DNA from: Octopus bimaculoides | Taxonomy: Eukaryota | Length of the DNA: 51,311 nt | NCBI RefSeq assembly: GCF_001194135.2 | Contig: NC_068991.1 | Span: 28,672,671-28,723,981, forward strand | Direction: 5' to 3' | In this document: positions 50,762-51,311 of the stretch, one piece after another | Layout of the letters: the number at the start of each line of letters is the position of its first letter | Position numbering within the stretch: position 1 is the stretch's first letter | Notes under the pieces: model-generated | What the model saw: only the letters and a program-made list of their open reading frames with translations | Told to the model about the DNA's origin: nothing | Database searches by the model: none | Program-made: the position numbers and the translations under genes

Positions 50762-50824
50762 GTGACGTCACATTGGCGCCAAAAGGCCGACGCCATTGCT
50801 GAATCCTTAACCACGCATGCGTGG
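50762..50824. promoter_or_regulatory. Candidate promoter: three perfect palindromes (CRE, E2F-like, NRF1-like)
   Basis: GTGACGTCAC 50762-50771, TTGGCGCCAA 50773-50782 and CCACGCATGCGTGG 50811-50824, in locally CpG-rich, repeat-poor sequence. Confidence 0.65.
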
Positions 50825-51311
50825 GTTTCAACATCGAAGCGTTCCCGCTATTAGACTGTCTCTTACCAAGCCAGACAGCGACCAAGCAAGACGTCTAAGC
50901 AAGCTCTCCCATTTGAGTGTGGTTGAACCAAGTTGTCTCTATAACGACACCAGCTCGAAGAACCGTACATCTACATTTCAGGCTACTCTAAAACCGGACA
51001 ATTAGAAGCTGTTTTATTTTCCACCGAACAATAAATATTTGTTGTTGTTGATCAGTTTGGAGTTTCTGCGTTCAGTTCTCTTCCAATTTAATGTAGGAAA
51101 GTTAGGTGTATATCTAAAGATATATAACCCACTCTCCTAAAGTGGTGACCCTGACTAAGGAACGACTGCAGCCACGACAATCTGGACTGCTCAGCATCAT
51201 CATTGGTATGAGCAACATGAGTTTCCGGCCGCCGTCATCATCATCATCATAACGACTTTTTGAACAATTTCACAGTGAGATATTGACTCTATAGCATTTC
51301 CAACTATACGA

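Noticed and set aside
51208-51252. Short ORF MSNMSFRPPSSSSS after the candidate promoter
   Set aside because: Only 14 codons and built on a (TCA)n microsatellite; could be a uORF but unsupported.

Overview
AT-rich, repeat-dense eukaryotic genomic DNA with six N-gaps. The SINE/LINE and microsatellite repertoire suggests an octopus (inference from recalled repeat families, not a search). Two protein-coding genes sit head-to-head about 1.08 kb apart. On the minus strand is the large first coding exon of a FAM161-family ciliary/microtubule gene (4297..2707; later exons not found, probably left of the window). On the plus strand is a complete 12-exon COQ6 ubiquinone monooxygenase (5373..36708; 1446 nt CDS, 481 aa, all GT-AG introns, frame intact). 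Introns and the downstream region hold several tRNA-derived SINE families plus decayed RTE, R4/Dong-like, Penelope-like, mariner and hAT fragments. Best leads: (1) four sequence-distinct minimal hammerhead-ribozyme-like motifs inside COQ6 introns, two of them embedded in ~100-120 bp-arm palindromes, every copy carrying a lesion; (2) the FAM161/COQ6 divergent pair mirrors the human FAM161B/COQ6 arrangement; (3) a compact CRE + E2F-like + NRF1-like triple-palindrome promoter near the right end. No CRISPR arrays, rRNA or genuine tRNA genes were seen.
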